A stretch of DNA of 64,000 nt, taken from contig CACPBQ010000008.1 of the NCBI GenBank assembly GCA_902632125.1, positions 24 to 64,023 on the forward strand. The letters run 5' to 3'. This document shows, one piece after another, positions 32,925-43,023 of the stretch (positions are counted from its first letter, which is position 1; every line of letters starts with the position of its first letter). The notes below the pieces were generated by a model. That model was not told the DNA's origin, did not search any database, and saw only the letters and a list, made by a program, of their open reading frames with translations. Origin of the DNA: Paracoccaceae bacterium (lineage in GTDB: Bacteria > Pseudomonadota > Alphaproteobacteria > Rhodobacterales > Rhodobacteraceae). The translations under genes were made by a program, and so were the position numbers.

Positions 32925-33791
32925 TTAGTCACCATCAATTTTTATTTTAAGCGCCCGCTGATATAGATCACGCCGAGGTAAATTCATCGCTAAAGCCACT
33001 GCCTCGGCGGAATCTTTGACTGACATAGACTTTAGAGCACGCTTTAAATTGCGATCGATCTCGCTCTGATCAATATCAGAATTTCCAGCACCGGCTAAAA
33101 GAAAAACAATTTCGCCTTTTACAATTTTATCATGGTAAAATTCAAAAAGTTCTTTTAGACTTCCTCTCCTAATCTCCTCAAACTTCTTTGTAATTTCACG
33201 GCAGACGACTCCTTGCCTATCCGCACCAAAAACTTCAGTTGCCTTCAATAAAGTATCGCTCAGCCTTTTTGCAGATTCATAAAAAATCAATGTCCCACTA
33301 TAAGACTTTAATTCACGAAATTTTAATTCCCGCTGACTTTTACTATTTGGTAAAAAACCTTCAAAATAAAATCTATCTGTAGGCAGTCCAGCAACAGTAA
33401 GTGCTGCTATTAGTGCGCAAGGCCCAGGGGCGCCTGTTACATTAATTCCCAAACTTAAAACTTCAGTCAAAAGTGAAAAACCAGGGTCGGCGATCAAGGG
33501 TGTTCCTGCTTCCGAAGAATATGCAATCGATTTACCCTGCTCCAAGCGAGCTATCAGCTTAGGACGTATTTTATTTCCATTATGATCGTGATAAGAAATT
33601 ACTTTCCTATTTTTTAGTTGTATGTCATGAATTTCTAGCAATTTTTTTAAGGTTCGAGTGTCCTCGGCGACTAAGACATCCGCATTTGCAAGAATATCTA
33701 GCGCTCTTAAAGTGATATCACGGGCCGATCCGATGGGTGTTGAAACAAAATATAAACCAGGCGATAACTTGATTGATTTGTAATTGACCAT
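32925..33791 (-). CDS. rsmI: 16S rRNA (cytidine1402-2'-O)-methyltransferase (probable start 33791)
   Basis: TPIG, AEDTR, SEAGTPLIADPG, FEGFLP, FYES and REITKKFEE. Confidence 0.95.
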   Translation of the reverse strand: MVNYKSIKLSPGLYFVSTPIGSARDITLRALDILANADVLVAEDTRTLKKLLEIHDIQLKNRKVISYHDHNGNKIRPKLIARLEQGKSIAYSSEAGTPLIADPGFSLLTEVLSLGINVTGAPGPCALIAALTVAGLPTDRFYFEGFLPNSKSQRELKFRELKSYSGTLIFYESAKRLSDTLLKATEVFGADRQGVVCREITKKFEEIRRGSLKELFEFYHDKIVKGEIVFLLAGAGNSDIDQSEIDRNLKRALKSMSVKDSAEAVALAMNLPRRDLYQRALKIKIDGD

Positions 33792-33846
33792 TAGACACTT
33801 TTTATCGCAAATTTTAACAAACTCAAAATTTTGAGGAATTAGTACC

Positions 33847-35010
33847 ATGTTGGACAGAATATTGTCATTAGGCAAGCAATTAAAACTTATCAGTTTTGGG
33901 GCCTTGGCAATATTTATTGCTTCATGCGCTCCTCAGCAACGTGATGTCTCTGTTGGCCCAAGTATTGATGGTAAAAAACCTGTTCAAGTTGCATTATTGT
34001 TACCTAAATCACATCCAAAAACTCAGGCTTTATCAACGAGTTTAGAGAACGCCACACTTATGGCAGCCGGAGATATGAGAAATGTTCAAATTCATCTACG
34101 GATCTACGACACAGCAGGCAACCCAGCCCAGGCCGCTATTCAAGCGCAAAAAGCCGTTGATGAAGGTGCTAAAATCATTCTTGGACCTTTGTTTGGAGAA
34201 GCTGCGAACGCTGCTGGCATGGCGGTGGCAGACGAGGGAATAAACGTTTTAAGTTTTTCTAATAATACTTCGATAGCTGGCGGTAATGTATTTATTTTAG
34301 GGAAAACTTTTCAAAATACGTCAGATAGGCTTTTATCCTATGCCGCTTTAAAAGGAAAATCGCGTGCCGTTATTTTGTATCCTGACAACATTGAAGGTAA
34401 ATTTGGAAAAGCAGCACTCGAAAAAGCTGCGAAAAATTCAAATATACAGGTCGTTAATAGTCAATCTTTTGAATTTACGCAAAAAGGAATAGTCAATGCT
34501 GTTCCTCTAGCGCGCGCCTCTATCGCAGTTGAAGACGCAGACCTTCTTTTGCTCACATCTAACTCAGCAGGCGCTCTGCCCTTATTGGGACAATTGCTGC
34601 CAGAATCAGGCATAAATATCGGAAAAGTCCAATTCGCCGGAATATCTCGTTGGGATATACCTCAGCAAACGCTTAGGTTGAAAGGACTGCAAGGGGGCTG
34701 GTTTGCAACGCCAGACCAGGTTGTACGGAGAAACTTTTCAAGACGTTACGAAGCGGTATATAAGAAAAAGCCTCATCAGCTAGCTGGCTTAGCCTTTGAC
34801 GGGATTGCAGCTATAGGTGCATTAGTTCAAACTGGGAAACCTCATGCATTAGCATCAAAAGGCTTAACCCAATCTGCAGGATTTGAAGGTGTCGACGGAA
34901 TTTTTCGATTTTTGAAAGATCGAACAAACGAGCGCGGCTTAGCTATAGCAGAAGTTAGAAATAAGCAGGTATACATCATTGACCCAGCGCCTCGATTCTT
35001 CAGATTTTGA
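33847..35010 (+). CDS. Penicillin-binding protein activator-like (LpoA/LppC-type) lipoprotein
   Basis: Lipobox IASC, VALLLP, YDTAG, ILGPLF and GFEGVDGIFRF; divergent from rsmI. Confidence 0.8.
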   Translation: MLDRILSLGKQLKLISFGALAIFIASCAPQQRDVSVGPSIDGKKPVQVALLLPKSHPKTQALSTSLENATLMAAGDMRNVQIHLRIYDTAGNPAQAAIQAQKAVDEGAKIILGPLFGEAANAAGMAVADEGINVLSFSNNTSIAGGNVFILGKTFQNTSDRLLSYAALKGKSRAVILYPDNIEGKFGKAALEKAAKNSNIQVVNSQSFEFTQKGIVNAVPLARASIAVEDADLLLLTSNSAGALPLLGQLLPESGINIGKVQFAGISRWDIPQQTLRLKGLQGGWFATPDQVVRRNFSRRYEAVYKKKPHQLAGLAFDGIAAIGALVQTGKPHALASKGLTQSAGFEGVDGIFRFLKDRTNERGLAIAEVRNKQVYIIDPAPRFFRF

Positions 35011-37768
35011 TCAATTTGAAATTGAAAATTATAGATCCACCCACTACGACTTGGAATTGATCTGTCAACCAAAGCAAATTTTCGATAACACTAAAGTTAA
35101 TGGTTTTTTTAATTCACATAGTCCAGCAAGAATTGAATTAGTTAACTTATTGAAGGAAATAAAGTCTTCAGGATTGCAAATAATTTCAAGCGAGCTTACA
35201 AAAAATCCACTTAAAGCCAGAAGAGCTATCACAAGTTATGCTTTTCTTACAGACTGTCTCGTAAGAGCCGCTTGGCATTTTGTAACAAAAATAGAATTGC
35301 CAACCTATAGAACAACTATTGCAGAAAAATTATCTGTCATTTCTGTAGGTGGGTATGGAAGACGTGAAATGGCTCCCTACTCTGATGTAGATTTGCTTTT
35401 TCTAACACCCAACAAAATTACGCCACTGGCAGAAACTGTTATAGAAAAAGTTTTATACCTCCTTTGGGACTTGAAACTTAAAGTGGGACATTCAACACGT
35501 TCCATAAAAGATTGTTTGCGCATGGGTAGCGAAGACTACACAATCCGGACAGCTATGTTGGAACATAGATTTGTGTGTGGAGAGACCAGTTTAGCCTCTG
35601 AGTTGCATGAAAAACTTTGGGAAAATTTATTTAAAGGAACTGCTAAAGAATTTATTTCAGCAAAATTAAAAGAGCGTGAACAAAGACACGAGAAACACGG
35701 CCAACGATATATGGTAGAGCCTAATGTAAAAGAAGGCAAAGGCGGTTTACGTGACCTACAATCACTTTATTGGATTGCAAAATATGTATATAAAACTCAA
35801 AACATTGGTGATTTAGTTGACCTAAATGTATTCAGATCAGATGAGTATAAAAATTTTGAGAAAGCTGAGAAGTTTTTGTGGGCCGTGCGATGCCAAATGC
35901 ATCATCTATCCAATAGGGCAACTGAACAGTTAAGCTTTGACCTCCAAGTCGAAGTGGCAGCGGCAATGGGTTACAAAGATACTCCAGCTCGTCGTGGTGT
36001 TGAGATATTCATGCAAGATTATTTTAGGCATGCAACGCGAGTTGGAGATTTGACGAGGATTTTTCTAACGTCTCTGGAGGCAGTTCATGCAAAAGAAGAA
36101 CCTCTTCTCGAGAGAATTTTTAAAAGAAAGCCAAAAATCAACGAAGAATACAAAGTTATACATAATAGATTAGCTATTAGGTCAGAAGAAAAATTTTTAA
36201 CCAATCCCATAAATTTGCTTAAATTATTTTCAGAGGCACTTCGAACTGGATTATTAATTCACCCTGACGCTATGAGATTAGTTTCTGCAAATTTGTCTTT
36301 AATAGATAAAAATTTTAGACAATCACCAGAAGCCCAGAATATTTTTTTGGAATTATTGCTCAAACATGGAAATCCAGAAAGAGCTCTGCGTCGAATGAAT
36401 GAATTAGGTTTTTTAGCAAAATTTATCCCAGAATTTGAACCAATAGTGGCAATGATGCAGTTCAACATGTACCACAGCTATACTGTTGATGAGCACACAA
36501 TCCAATGCTTGAAGACATTAGCACAAATTGAGAAGGGCGAATTGGTGGAAGAATTACCTATTGCGAGCTCTATTTTGAAAACAGGCGTAAATCGTAAAGT
36601 GCTTTATGTAGCCTTGTTGCTTCATGACATAGGTAAAGGGCGTTCCGATGATCATTCAATTTTAGGGGCCAAAGTTGTCAGGCAAGTTTCACCCCGCTTA
36701 GGTTTGAAAAAACAGGAAACAGAAACGGTTGAATGGCTGGTAAGATATCATTTGTTGATGTCTGATATGGCACAGAAGCGCGATATATCTGATCCTCGTA
36801 CAGTCCGTGATTTCGCAAAAGCTGTTCAAAGCGTCAAAAGATTAGATCTCTTAACTGTTCTTACTGTGTGCGACGTGCGTAGTGTTGGGCCTGATACCTG
36901 GAATAATTGGAAAGCTACCCTTATCCGGCAGCTTTATTCTGAAACACGCTTGATACTTGAACAGGGTGGCGAAGCTCTAAACAGTGAAAACCGTATGGTA
37001 GAAGCTAAAAAATTACTAAGAGAAAAACTATTTGATTGGGATCCTAAAGATATAAAGCTGGAAATAGGACGGCATTACCCACCGTATTGGCAAGGGTTCC
37101 AGATCGATACTCAATTTGCTTTTGCTAACCTACTTAAAAATCTTGGATCTGATGAAATAAAAATAGACTTAACACCTGATAGTGATAGAGATGCAACAAG
37201 GATATGCTTTGCTCTGTCAGACCATCCTGGAATTTTCTCTCGTCTTTCCGGTGCGCTTGCATTGGTTGGAGCAAATGTGGTTGATGCCAGATCGTATACA
37301 TCAAAAGATGGTTTTGCTACCGCTGCCTTCTGGATACAAGACGTAGATGGTGCACCGTATAATGAATCCAAGTTTTCTAGGCTCAGAGGGATGATTGAAA
37401 AAACATTAAGCGGGGAAATTATTACTCGCGATGCTATGAAGGAACGAGACAAATTTAAAAAGCGGGAAAGAGTTTTTAAAGTCCCGACCTCTATAACTTT
37501 CGATAATGATGGATCAGAGATTTACACAATCATAGAGGTAGACACTAGAGATAGACCTGGATTGCTATTCGATTTGACGAGAACACTGGCCAACATGAAC
37601 GTGTACATAGCCTCTGCTGTTATAGCAACCTATGGTGAGCAAGTCGTTGATAGTTTTTATGTCAAAGATATGTTTGGTTTGAAATTTTATAGTGATAGCA
37701 AACAAAAAAAACTCGAGCAGAACTTAAGACACGCCATTACTCTTGGAGTAGAACGAGCACAATCGTGA
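34979..37768 (+). CDS. glnD: [Protein-PII] uridylyltransferase (exact start uncertain)
   Basis: GGYGRREMAPYSDVD, KEGKGGLRD, HSYTVDEH, LLHDIGKG (HD domain) and two ACT domains (DHPG, DRPG). Confidence 0.97.
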   Translation: MTQRLDSSDFDQFEIENYRSTHYDLELICQPKQIFDNTKVNGFFNSHSPARIELVNLLKEIKSSGLQIISSELTKNPLKARRAITSYAFLTDCLVRAAWHFVTKIELPTYRTTIAEKLSVISVGGYGRREMAPYSDVDLLFLTPNKITPLAETVIEKVLYLLWDLKLKVGHSTRSIKDCLRMGSEDYTIRTAMLEHRFVCGETSLASELHEKLWENLFKGTAKEFISAKLKEREQRHEKHGQRYMVEPNVKEGKGGLRDLQSLYWIAKYVYKTQNIGDLVDLNVFRSDEYKNFEKAEKFLWAVRCQMHHLSNRATEQLSFDLQVEVAAAMGYKDTPARRGVEIFMQDYFRHATRVGDLTRIFLTSLEAVHAKEEPLLERIFKRKPKINEEYKVIHNRLAIRSEEKFLTNPINLLKLFSEALRTGLLIHPDAMRLVSANLSLIDKNFRQSPEAQNIFLELLLKHGNPERALRRMNELGFLAKFIPEFEPIVAMMQFNMYHSYTVDEHTIQCLKTLAQIEKGELVEELPIASSILKTGVNRKVLYVALLLHDIGKGRSDDHSILGAKVVRQVSPRLGLKKQETETVEWLVRYHLLMSDMAQKRDISDPRTVRDFAKAVQSVKRLDLLTVLTVCDVRSVGPDTWNNWKATLIRQLYSETRLILEQGGEALNSENRMVEAKKLLREKLFDWDPKDIKLEIGRHYPPYWQGFQIDTQFAFANLLKNLGSDEIKIDLTPDSDRDATRICFALSDHPGIFSRLSGALALVGANVVDARSYTSKDGFATAAFWIQDVDGAPYNESKFSRLRGMIEKTLSGEIITRDAMKERDKFKKRERVFKVPTSITFDNDGSEIYTIIEVDTRDRPGLLFDLTRTLANMNVYIASAVIATYGEQVVDSFYVKDMFGLKFYSDSKQKKLEQNLRHAITLGVERAQS

Positions 37769-39306
37769 AACCAATACGCTTTATATCAAGCTTTTTAACA
37801 GTTGGTTTTTGGACTTTAATAAGTCGTATCTTAGGTATGGTTCGGGAGATATTATTTTTTTCGTTTATAGGTGCTGGTCCACTTTTAGATGCTTTTTTTG
37901 CAGCATTCAGATTACCAAACATGTTTAGGCGGTTTTTTGCGGAAGGTGCTTTTAATTCAGCATTTGTTCCTATGATTTCAAAAAAATATGAAAGAAAGGA
38001 GAATGCTACTGCTTTTGCAAATGAAGCGATGGGCAGTTTGGCTTTTATCTTACTAATTATCACAACTCTTGCCATTATTTTTATGCCAGCACTGATTTGG
38101 GCTATAGCCAACGGGTTTGTCGGTGACGAACGATTTGAAATAACCGTTGCCTTTGGCCGAGTAATGTTTCCTTATATTTTGTTGATTTCTTTAGCAGCAC
38201 TTCTGTCTGGAGTACTGAACGCACTAGGTTACTTCTCGGTCGCCGCAGCTGCTCCAGCTTTGCTAAATATTATAATTATTTTTGGGTTGTGTATCTCATT
38301 CTTTTTTGACTGGCCAACAATGACAATTTTGATCTACTCAGTACCTCTAGCGGGTTTTATGCAACTGTTACTTCTATGGATAGCAGCAAAAAAAGCCGGT
38401 TTACTAATTCGTCCAAGTAGGCCGAGATTATCAGAAGATATGAAAAATTTAGTCCGGGTCGCAATTCCAAGTGCTCTTGCGAATGGTGTTTTACAAATTA
38501 ATCTACTTGTCGGCCAGTTTGTTTCAAGTCAGGAAAAGGGAGCAATCAGCTGGTTATATGGAGCCGATCGATTGTATCAATTGCCTTTGGGTGTAGTAGG
38601 AATCGCAATTGGAATAGTATTATTACCAGAGTTGTCGCGCCGTATTGCCAGTAACGATACAAGCGGAGCTCGCTCAGCTTTTAATAATGCTTTTACAACC
38701 AGTATGGCGCTAACTATTCCAGCCACCATAGCCTTATTTATTATTCCCTTACCATTAATATCAGTACTTTTTCAGCACGGTCAAACAACTTACAATGATG
38801 CTTTGGCTATGGCAACTGCAACATCAATCTATGCTCTTGGGCTTCCTGCATTTGTCTTACAAAAAGTATATCAACCGATTTACTTTGCTCGGGGAAATAC
38901 AAAAACACCTTTTAGATTTGCTGTCTTATCAATGTTTGTAAATTTATTGGTTGCATTCAGTTTAATGCCTTATATTGGATGGATGGCTGCACCAATTGCA
39001 ACAACCGTTTCCTCTTGGTCTATGATACTCTTACTTTTTGCTGGAACAAAAAAATTTGGAACTAGCAGCCAACTATCTAAGGTTTCAAAATCAAAACTTA
39101 TGCTCGTTTTCCTGTCATCTATTATTATGGGATTATTTTTATGGATTGCAGATTATCTACTAAAAGGAGAAATTTCTTCTTTAATTGAAAAAATTTCTTT
39201 TGCAGTTTTTTTAACTTTTTCAGGAGCAGTTATTTACACGATTGTTGCAAATTGCTTTGGCGCGTTCAGTATCAAAGAGATCCAGGAAGCTCTCAGGAAA
39301 AGTTAA
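37765..39306 (+). CDS. murJ: Lipid II flippase MurJ
   Basis: SRILGMVRE, AFRLPNMFRRFFAEGA and ADRLYQLPLG. Confidence 0.96.
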   Translation: MKPIRFISSFLTVGFWTLISRILGMVREILFFSFIGAGPLLDAFFAAFRLPNMFRRFFAEGAFNSAFVPMISKKYERKENATAFANEAMGSLAFILLIITTLAIIFMPALIWAIANGFVGDERFEITVAFGRVMFPYILLISLAALLSGVLNALGYFSVAAAAPALLNIIIIFGLCISFFFDWPTMTILIYSVPLAGFMQLLLLWIAAKKAGLLIRPSRPRLSEDMKNLVRVAIPSALANGVLQINLLVGQFVSSQEKGAISWLYGADRLYQLPLGVVGIAIGIVLLPELSRRIASNDTSGARSAFNNAFTTSMALTIPATIALFIIPLPLISVLFQHGQTTYNDALAMATATSIYALGLPAFVLQKVYQPIYFARGNTKTPFRFAVLSMFVNLLVAFSLMPYIGWMAAPIATTVSSWSMILLLFAGTKKFGTSSQLSKVSKSKLMLVFLSSIIMGLFLWIADYLLKGEISSLIEKISFAVFLTFSGAVIYTIVANCFGAFSIKEIQEALRKS

Positions 39307-39989
39307 CCTCTTAAAATAGAAAGTATTCTTTTTATCCCACCAGGAATCAAGAAAAATGAGATCAAAAAACCTGTTACAAATCCTCCAAAATCAGCAATCC
39401 AAAGTTGCCCAGTTCCAAACAAGAAACTAAAAAGTAACTGAACACTTATTAATACAACAATCAATGAAAACGCCAGCGACTGATTTTTGTTTTTAGCTAG
39501 TCGTAATGTGATCCAAGAAACAAAGGTATACGCTCCAACAAAGCCATAAACCCCTGGATAAGATCCAACCAATATTTGGTCAGTAGTTGTTGATACGGAA
39601 TAAAATATAGCGGCAAGAATTGTGCTCAGGATCCAAATCAAAATTACAGATAGTGGTGAAAAAACTTCTCCAACCATTTTTCCGAGAGCCAACAATAAAA
39701 CTGCGGCGAAAATCACCGAAAGGCCTGAAAAGTTAACAAAGGAATAAGCTATAAATCTTAAAAGGTAATCAAATGAGAAATTTTTTGTATCAAACATCCA
39801 ATTTACAAGATTAGGAGGGACACCATAGTTCTGTATGAGAAGTAACCGCTCATAAGCCGCTCCCGGCTTTCCGATAAAGCCCCCGAAGCCAAAGAAAATC
39901 ATAGCTTCAACTAAGATTATGCCTGCCAGAATGACTAGAATAGCAGCAGGAATTGGATTTACCACTGGGGGTTTATCATAATTCGACAA
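39303..39989 (-). CDS. Rhomboid-fold membrane protein lacking the catalytic Ser/His (probable pseudoprotease; probable TTG start 39989)
   Basis: Rhomboid-like TM layout with GSYPGVYG in place of GASG and WIADFGGF in place of AHxGG; AGGAAG RBS upstream of the TTG. Confidence 0.72.
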   Translation of the reverse strand: MSNYDKPPVVNPIPAAILVILAGIILVEAMIFFGFGGFIGKPGAAYERLLLIQNYGVPPNLVNWMFDTKNFSFDYLLRFIAYSFVNFSGLSVIFAAVLLLALGKMVGEVFSPLSVILIWILSTILAAIFYSVSTTTDQILVGSYPGVYGFVGAYTFVSWITLRLAKNKNQSLAFSLIVVLISVQLLFSFLFGTGQLWIADFGGFVTGFLISFFLIPGGIKRILSILRG

Positions 39990-40066
39990 CTCGACTTCCT
40001 TATCTTGACCAAAATTAATGACAGGGGTAAGCGATTTGAGAGTGAGAATCCAGACGGAGGTTGGTA

Positions 40067-41101
40067 ATGAGTAAAGCTTCAAAACCCGCACCAATAGGCA
40101 AATTCAAAAAGCGTGTTTTTTCTGGAGTACAGCCTTCTGGTGGATTGACCTTAGGTAACTATTTGGGTGCAATCAAAAGATTTGTTCAAATGCAGGATGA
40201 TGATTTCGAGACTATTTATTGTGTAGTTGATCTCCACGCGATAACTGTTTGGCAAAATCCAAAAATACTCAGGCAAAATTCAAGAGAGTTAGCAGCCTCC
40301 TTCATTGCATCAGGTCTAGATCCAACAAAATCCATTTTATTTAATCAGTCTGCAGTACCCGCACATGCCCAATTGGGATGGGTTTTCAATTGCGTGGCCC
40401 GCATGGGTTGGATGCAACGAATGACACAATTCAAAGATAAAGCAGGAAAGAACGCGCAAAATGCATCCTTAGGTCTATTTGGCTATCCAGCACTGATGGC
40501 AGCTGATATTTTAGCTTATCACGCGACACATGTTCCGGTAGGAGATGATCAAAAGCAGCACTTAGAGCTAACCAGAGATATAGCTATTAAATTTAATCAC
40601 GATTATGAGGTTGATTTTTTTCCAATAACTGAGCCTGTTATAGGAGGACCAGCAGCTAGGGTCATGAGCCTCCGTGATGGTACAAAAAAAATGTCTAAGT
40701 CTGATCCTTCAGATTTAAGTCGGATAAATATGACAGATAATTCCGACTTAATTGCAAACAAAATTAAAAAAGCAAAAACAGATCAGCATGGCCTTCCATC
40801 CGAACCAAAAGGTCTGGAGGGAAGAGCAGAGGCTCAAAATTTGGTATCAATTTATGCTGCACTTGGAAATGAAAGTATTGAAAACGTTTTGAAAGAAATT
40901 GGCGGCAAGCAATTTTCAGAATTTAAGCCTATGTTGGTCGAAAGGGCTATCGAGGTACTATCACCAATTTCCCGCGAAATGGCTCGATTGATGCAGGACA
41001 TCCCACAACTAGACAAGTTACTAGATGATGGCGCACTCAAAGCAAATTTAATATCTGAGCCGATATTACAAAAAACTTTTGACATAATAGGTGTGAGATA
41101 G
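40067..41101 (+). CDS. trpS: Tryptophan--tRNA ligase (ATG 40067 after GGAGG)
   Basis: [33 protein letters not shown] and KMSKS. Confidence 0.98.
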   Translation: MSKASKPAPIGKFKKRVFSGVQPSGGLTLGNYLGAIKRFVQMQDDDFETIYCVVDLHAITVWQNPKILRQNSRELAASFIASGLDPTKSILFNQSAVPAHAQLGWVFNCVARMGWMQRMTQFKDKAGKNAQNASLGLFGYPALMAADILAYHATHVPVGDDQKQHLELTRDIAIKFNHDYEVDFFPITEPVIGGPAARVMSLRDGTKKMSKSDPSDLSRINMTDNSDLIANKIKKAKTDQHGLPSEPKGLEGRAEAQNLVSIYAALGNESIENVLKEIGGKQFSEFKPMLVERAIEVLSPISREMARLMQDIPQLDKLLDDGALKANLISEPILQKTFDIIGVR

Positions 41102-41257
41102 AGAACTAAGAAATCACAGTTTGAATACTACATACCAAGGAAGCCAAAATGTTCTGGATTATCTGTTAAGATTTTAACCGTCACCTTTTCTAAAGAAAAA
41201 ACAGAGCAGCAAATTAGAAGGTTTGGTAACTCAAAATTAAAAAAGTATAAATATCGA

Positions 41258-41274
41258 TTTAGAATCATTCTAAA
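41258..41274. promoter_or_regulatory. Iron control element (ICE; Irr-binding site)
   Basis: TTTAGAATCATTCTAAA is an exact match to TTTRGAAYNRTTCYAAA. Confidence 0.8.
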
Positions 41275-41277
41275 CTA

Positions 41278-41306
41278 TTGACTTTTTTTCATTTAATTAA
41301 CATATT
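41278..41306 (+). promoter_or_regulatory. Sigma70-type promoter of the nifU-tsaB-rimI operon
   Basis: TTGACT-N17-CATATT starting just downstream of the ICE (3-bp gap). Confidence 0.6.
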
Positions 41307-41331
41307 AGCAGCGCTTTATAAGGATTATCCG

Positions 41332-41892
41332 ATGTTCATACAAACTGAGTCCACTCCAAACCCAGCTACTTTAAAATTTTTACCTGGACAAACAGTATTA
41401 GAAGAGGGTACAGCAGATTTTCCCAATGCTGATGACGCAAAAAAATCTCCGCTGGCTCAAAGATTGTTCAGTATAACCGGTGTAACTGGTGTTTTTTTAG
41501 GCCGGGATTTTGTTACTGTAACAAAGGAAGATGACGTAGATTGGGATCACGCCAAACCTGCTTTGCTTGGAGCAATAATGGAACATTTTCAGTCTGGTCA
41601 AGAAGCTATGAGCGGAGAAGCTAGACCTGAACATTCTACTGAGGTAGCAGAGGAAGATGTTCAAATTGTTGGTCAAATTAAAGAATTACTCGACAGCCGA
41701 GTAAGACCAGCTGTTGCTCAAGATGGAGGAGACATAACATTTCATGGTTTTGACCGAGGAGTAGTTTACCTTCAAATGAAAGGTGCCTGTGCAGGTTGTC
41801 CTTCGTCAACGATGACCCTAAAAATGGGCATTGAAAATCTTTTGAGACATTATATACCTGAGGTGACCGAGGTTCGCCCCGTTGATCTATGA
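41332..41892 (+). CDS. NifU/Nfu-type Fe-S cluster carrier (NFU1-like; probable start 41332)
   Basis: MFIQTESTPNPATLKFLPG (Nfu_N) and VRPAVAQDGGDI...GACAGCPSS. Confidence 0.93.
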   Translation: MFIQTESTPNPATLKFLPGQTVLEEGTADFPNADDAKKSPLAQRLFSITGVTGVFLGRDFVTVTKEDDVDWDHAKPALLGAIMEHFQSGQEAMSGEARPEHSTEVAEEDVQIVGQIKELLDSRVRPAVAQDGGDITFHGFDRGVVYLQMKGACAGCPSSTMTLKMGIENLLRHYIPEVTEVRPVDL

Positions 41893-42469
41893 TAGATATG
41901 TAATTGTTTTTGATACCTCCGACAAGTATATCGCCGCTGCGTTGTATCGCGGCAAAGAAAATATCCACACTAAAATAGAGTTAATGGCTAAAGGGCAAGC
42001 AGAAAAGCTTATGCTGATTCTTAATGAGCTTTTAGCGACCTCCTCCTTGAATTGGTCAGATTTAAGCAGGATCGGTGTTTGTACTGGTCCCGGTAATTTT
42101 ACAGGTATCAGAATTTCCGTATCGGCCGCCCGTGGTTTGGCTTTAGGCTTAGAAATCCCAGCAATAGGAGTTACTAGTTTTGAAGCTACTTTGTATGGGC
42201 ATAGTGAAGAAAATATGGCTTTGCTGCCGGCCAACAAAGGTTTCTGTTATGTCGGTTCAAATCCAAAAAATGCAAAATTTATATCAGAAGATAAAATAAA
42301 TCACGAAAACTTTAAATACATTCACAGGCCCTCGCCCAAAGTTCATTTGAGGAATATAGCTTTTTTGACCCAAGAAAAAGAAAACGAATTCAGTAGACCT
42401 GTTCCATGCTATATAAAACCAGCAGATGCGTCGCCAAATTTAAATAAACCACCCATTCTATTCAAATGA
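41882..42469 (+). CDS. tsaB: tRNA threonylcarbamoyladenosine biosynthesis protein TsaB
   Basis: FDTS, GQAEKL and GPGNFTGIRISVSAARGLA. Confidence 0.92.
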   Translation: MIYDRYVIVFDTSDKYIAAALYRGKENIHTKIELMAKGQAEKLMLILNELLATSSLNWSDLSRIGVCTGPGNFTGIRISVSAARGLALGLEIPAIGVTSFEATLYGHSEENMALLPANKGFCYVGSNPKNAKFISEDKINHENFKYIHRPSPKVHLRNIAFLTQEKENEFSRPVPCYIKPADASPNLNKPPILFK

Positions 42470-42876
42470 ACCCGTTTGAGATGGCTAAACTACATTCGCT
42501 CTCGGGTTCCCAAACCCGGCCATGGAGCGAAATTGAATACAAGAAGCTTCTTGAAACAACCACAAGCAGACTTTTTTATACTGAAAATGGCTTTCTTGTT
42601 GGTCGAGTTATCGACCGGGACGCAGAAATTTTAAATGTGGTTATTCACCCGGATTATCGTCGATTGGGCAAGGCAAGCAAACTAATTTGTATGTTTGAAA
42701 AAGAAGCAAAGAATGCAGGATCTTCAAAGTGTTTTCTCGAAGTTGCCGAATCGAATAATTCAGCTAGGAAACTTTACACGACCCTGGGTTATTTAAAGGT
42801 TGGGCAAAGAGACAATTACTACAAATTTATTGATGGTCGTACAGACAATGCAGCAATCTTATCCAAAGAAATATGA
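42466..42876 (+). CDS. RimI-like GNAT acetyltransferase
   Basis: AEILNV.IHP..RR.G.A, FLEVAESN and G.RDNYY; follows tsaB. Confidence 0.85.
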   Translation: MNPFEMAKLHSLSGSQTRPWSEIEYKKLLETTTSRLFYTENGFLVGRVIDRDAEILNVVIHPDYRRLGKASKLICMFEKEAKNAGSSKCFLEVAESNNSARKLYTTLGYLKVGQRDNYYKFIDGRTDNAAILSKEI

Positions 42877-43023
42877 ACCAGCTTTGAATTATTTAAAAAT
42901 TAGTTTGATTTGAGAAAAAAGCTGTTGACCAGCATTTGCTGAAGCGTCTTAATAAGACAATAATATTTTACGATCCAAACACTTTTGAACGTGCAAGGAT
43001 CATTTAACAACTGGGAGTTTTAT

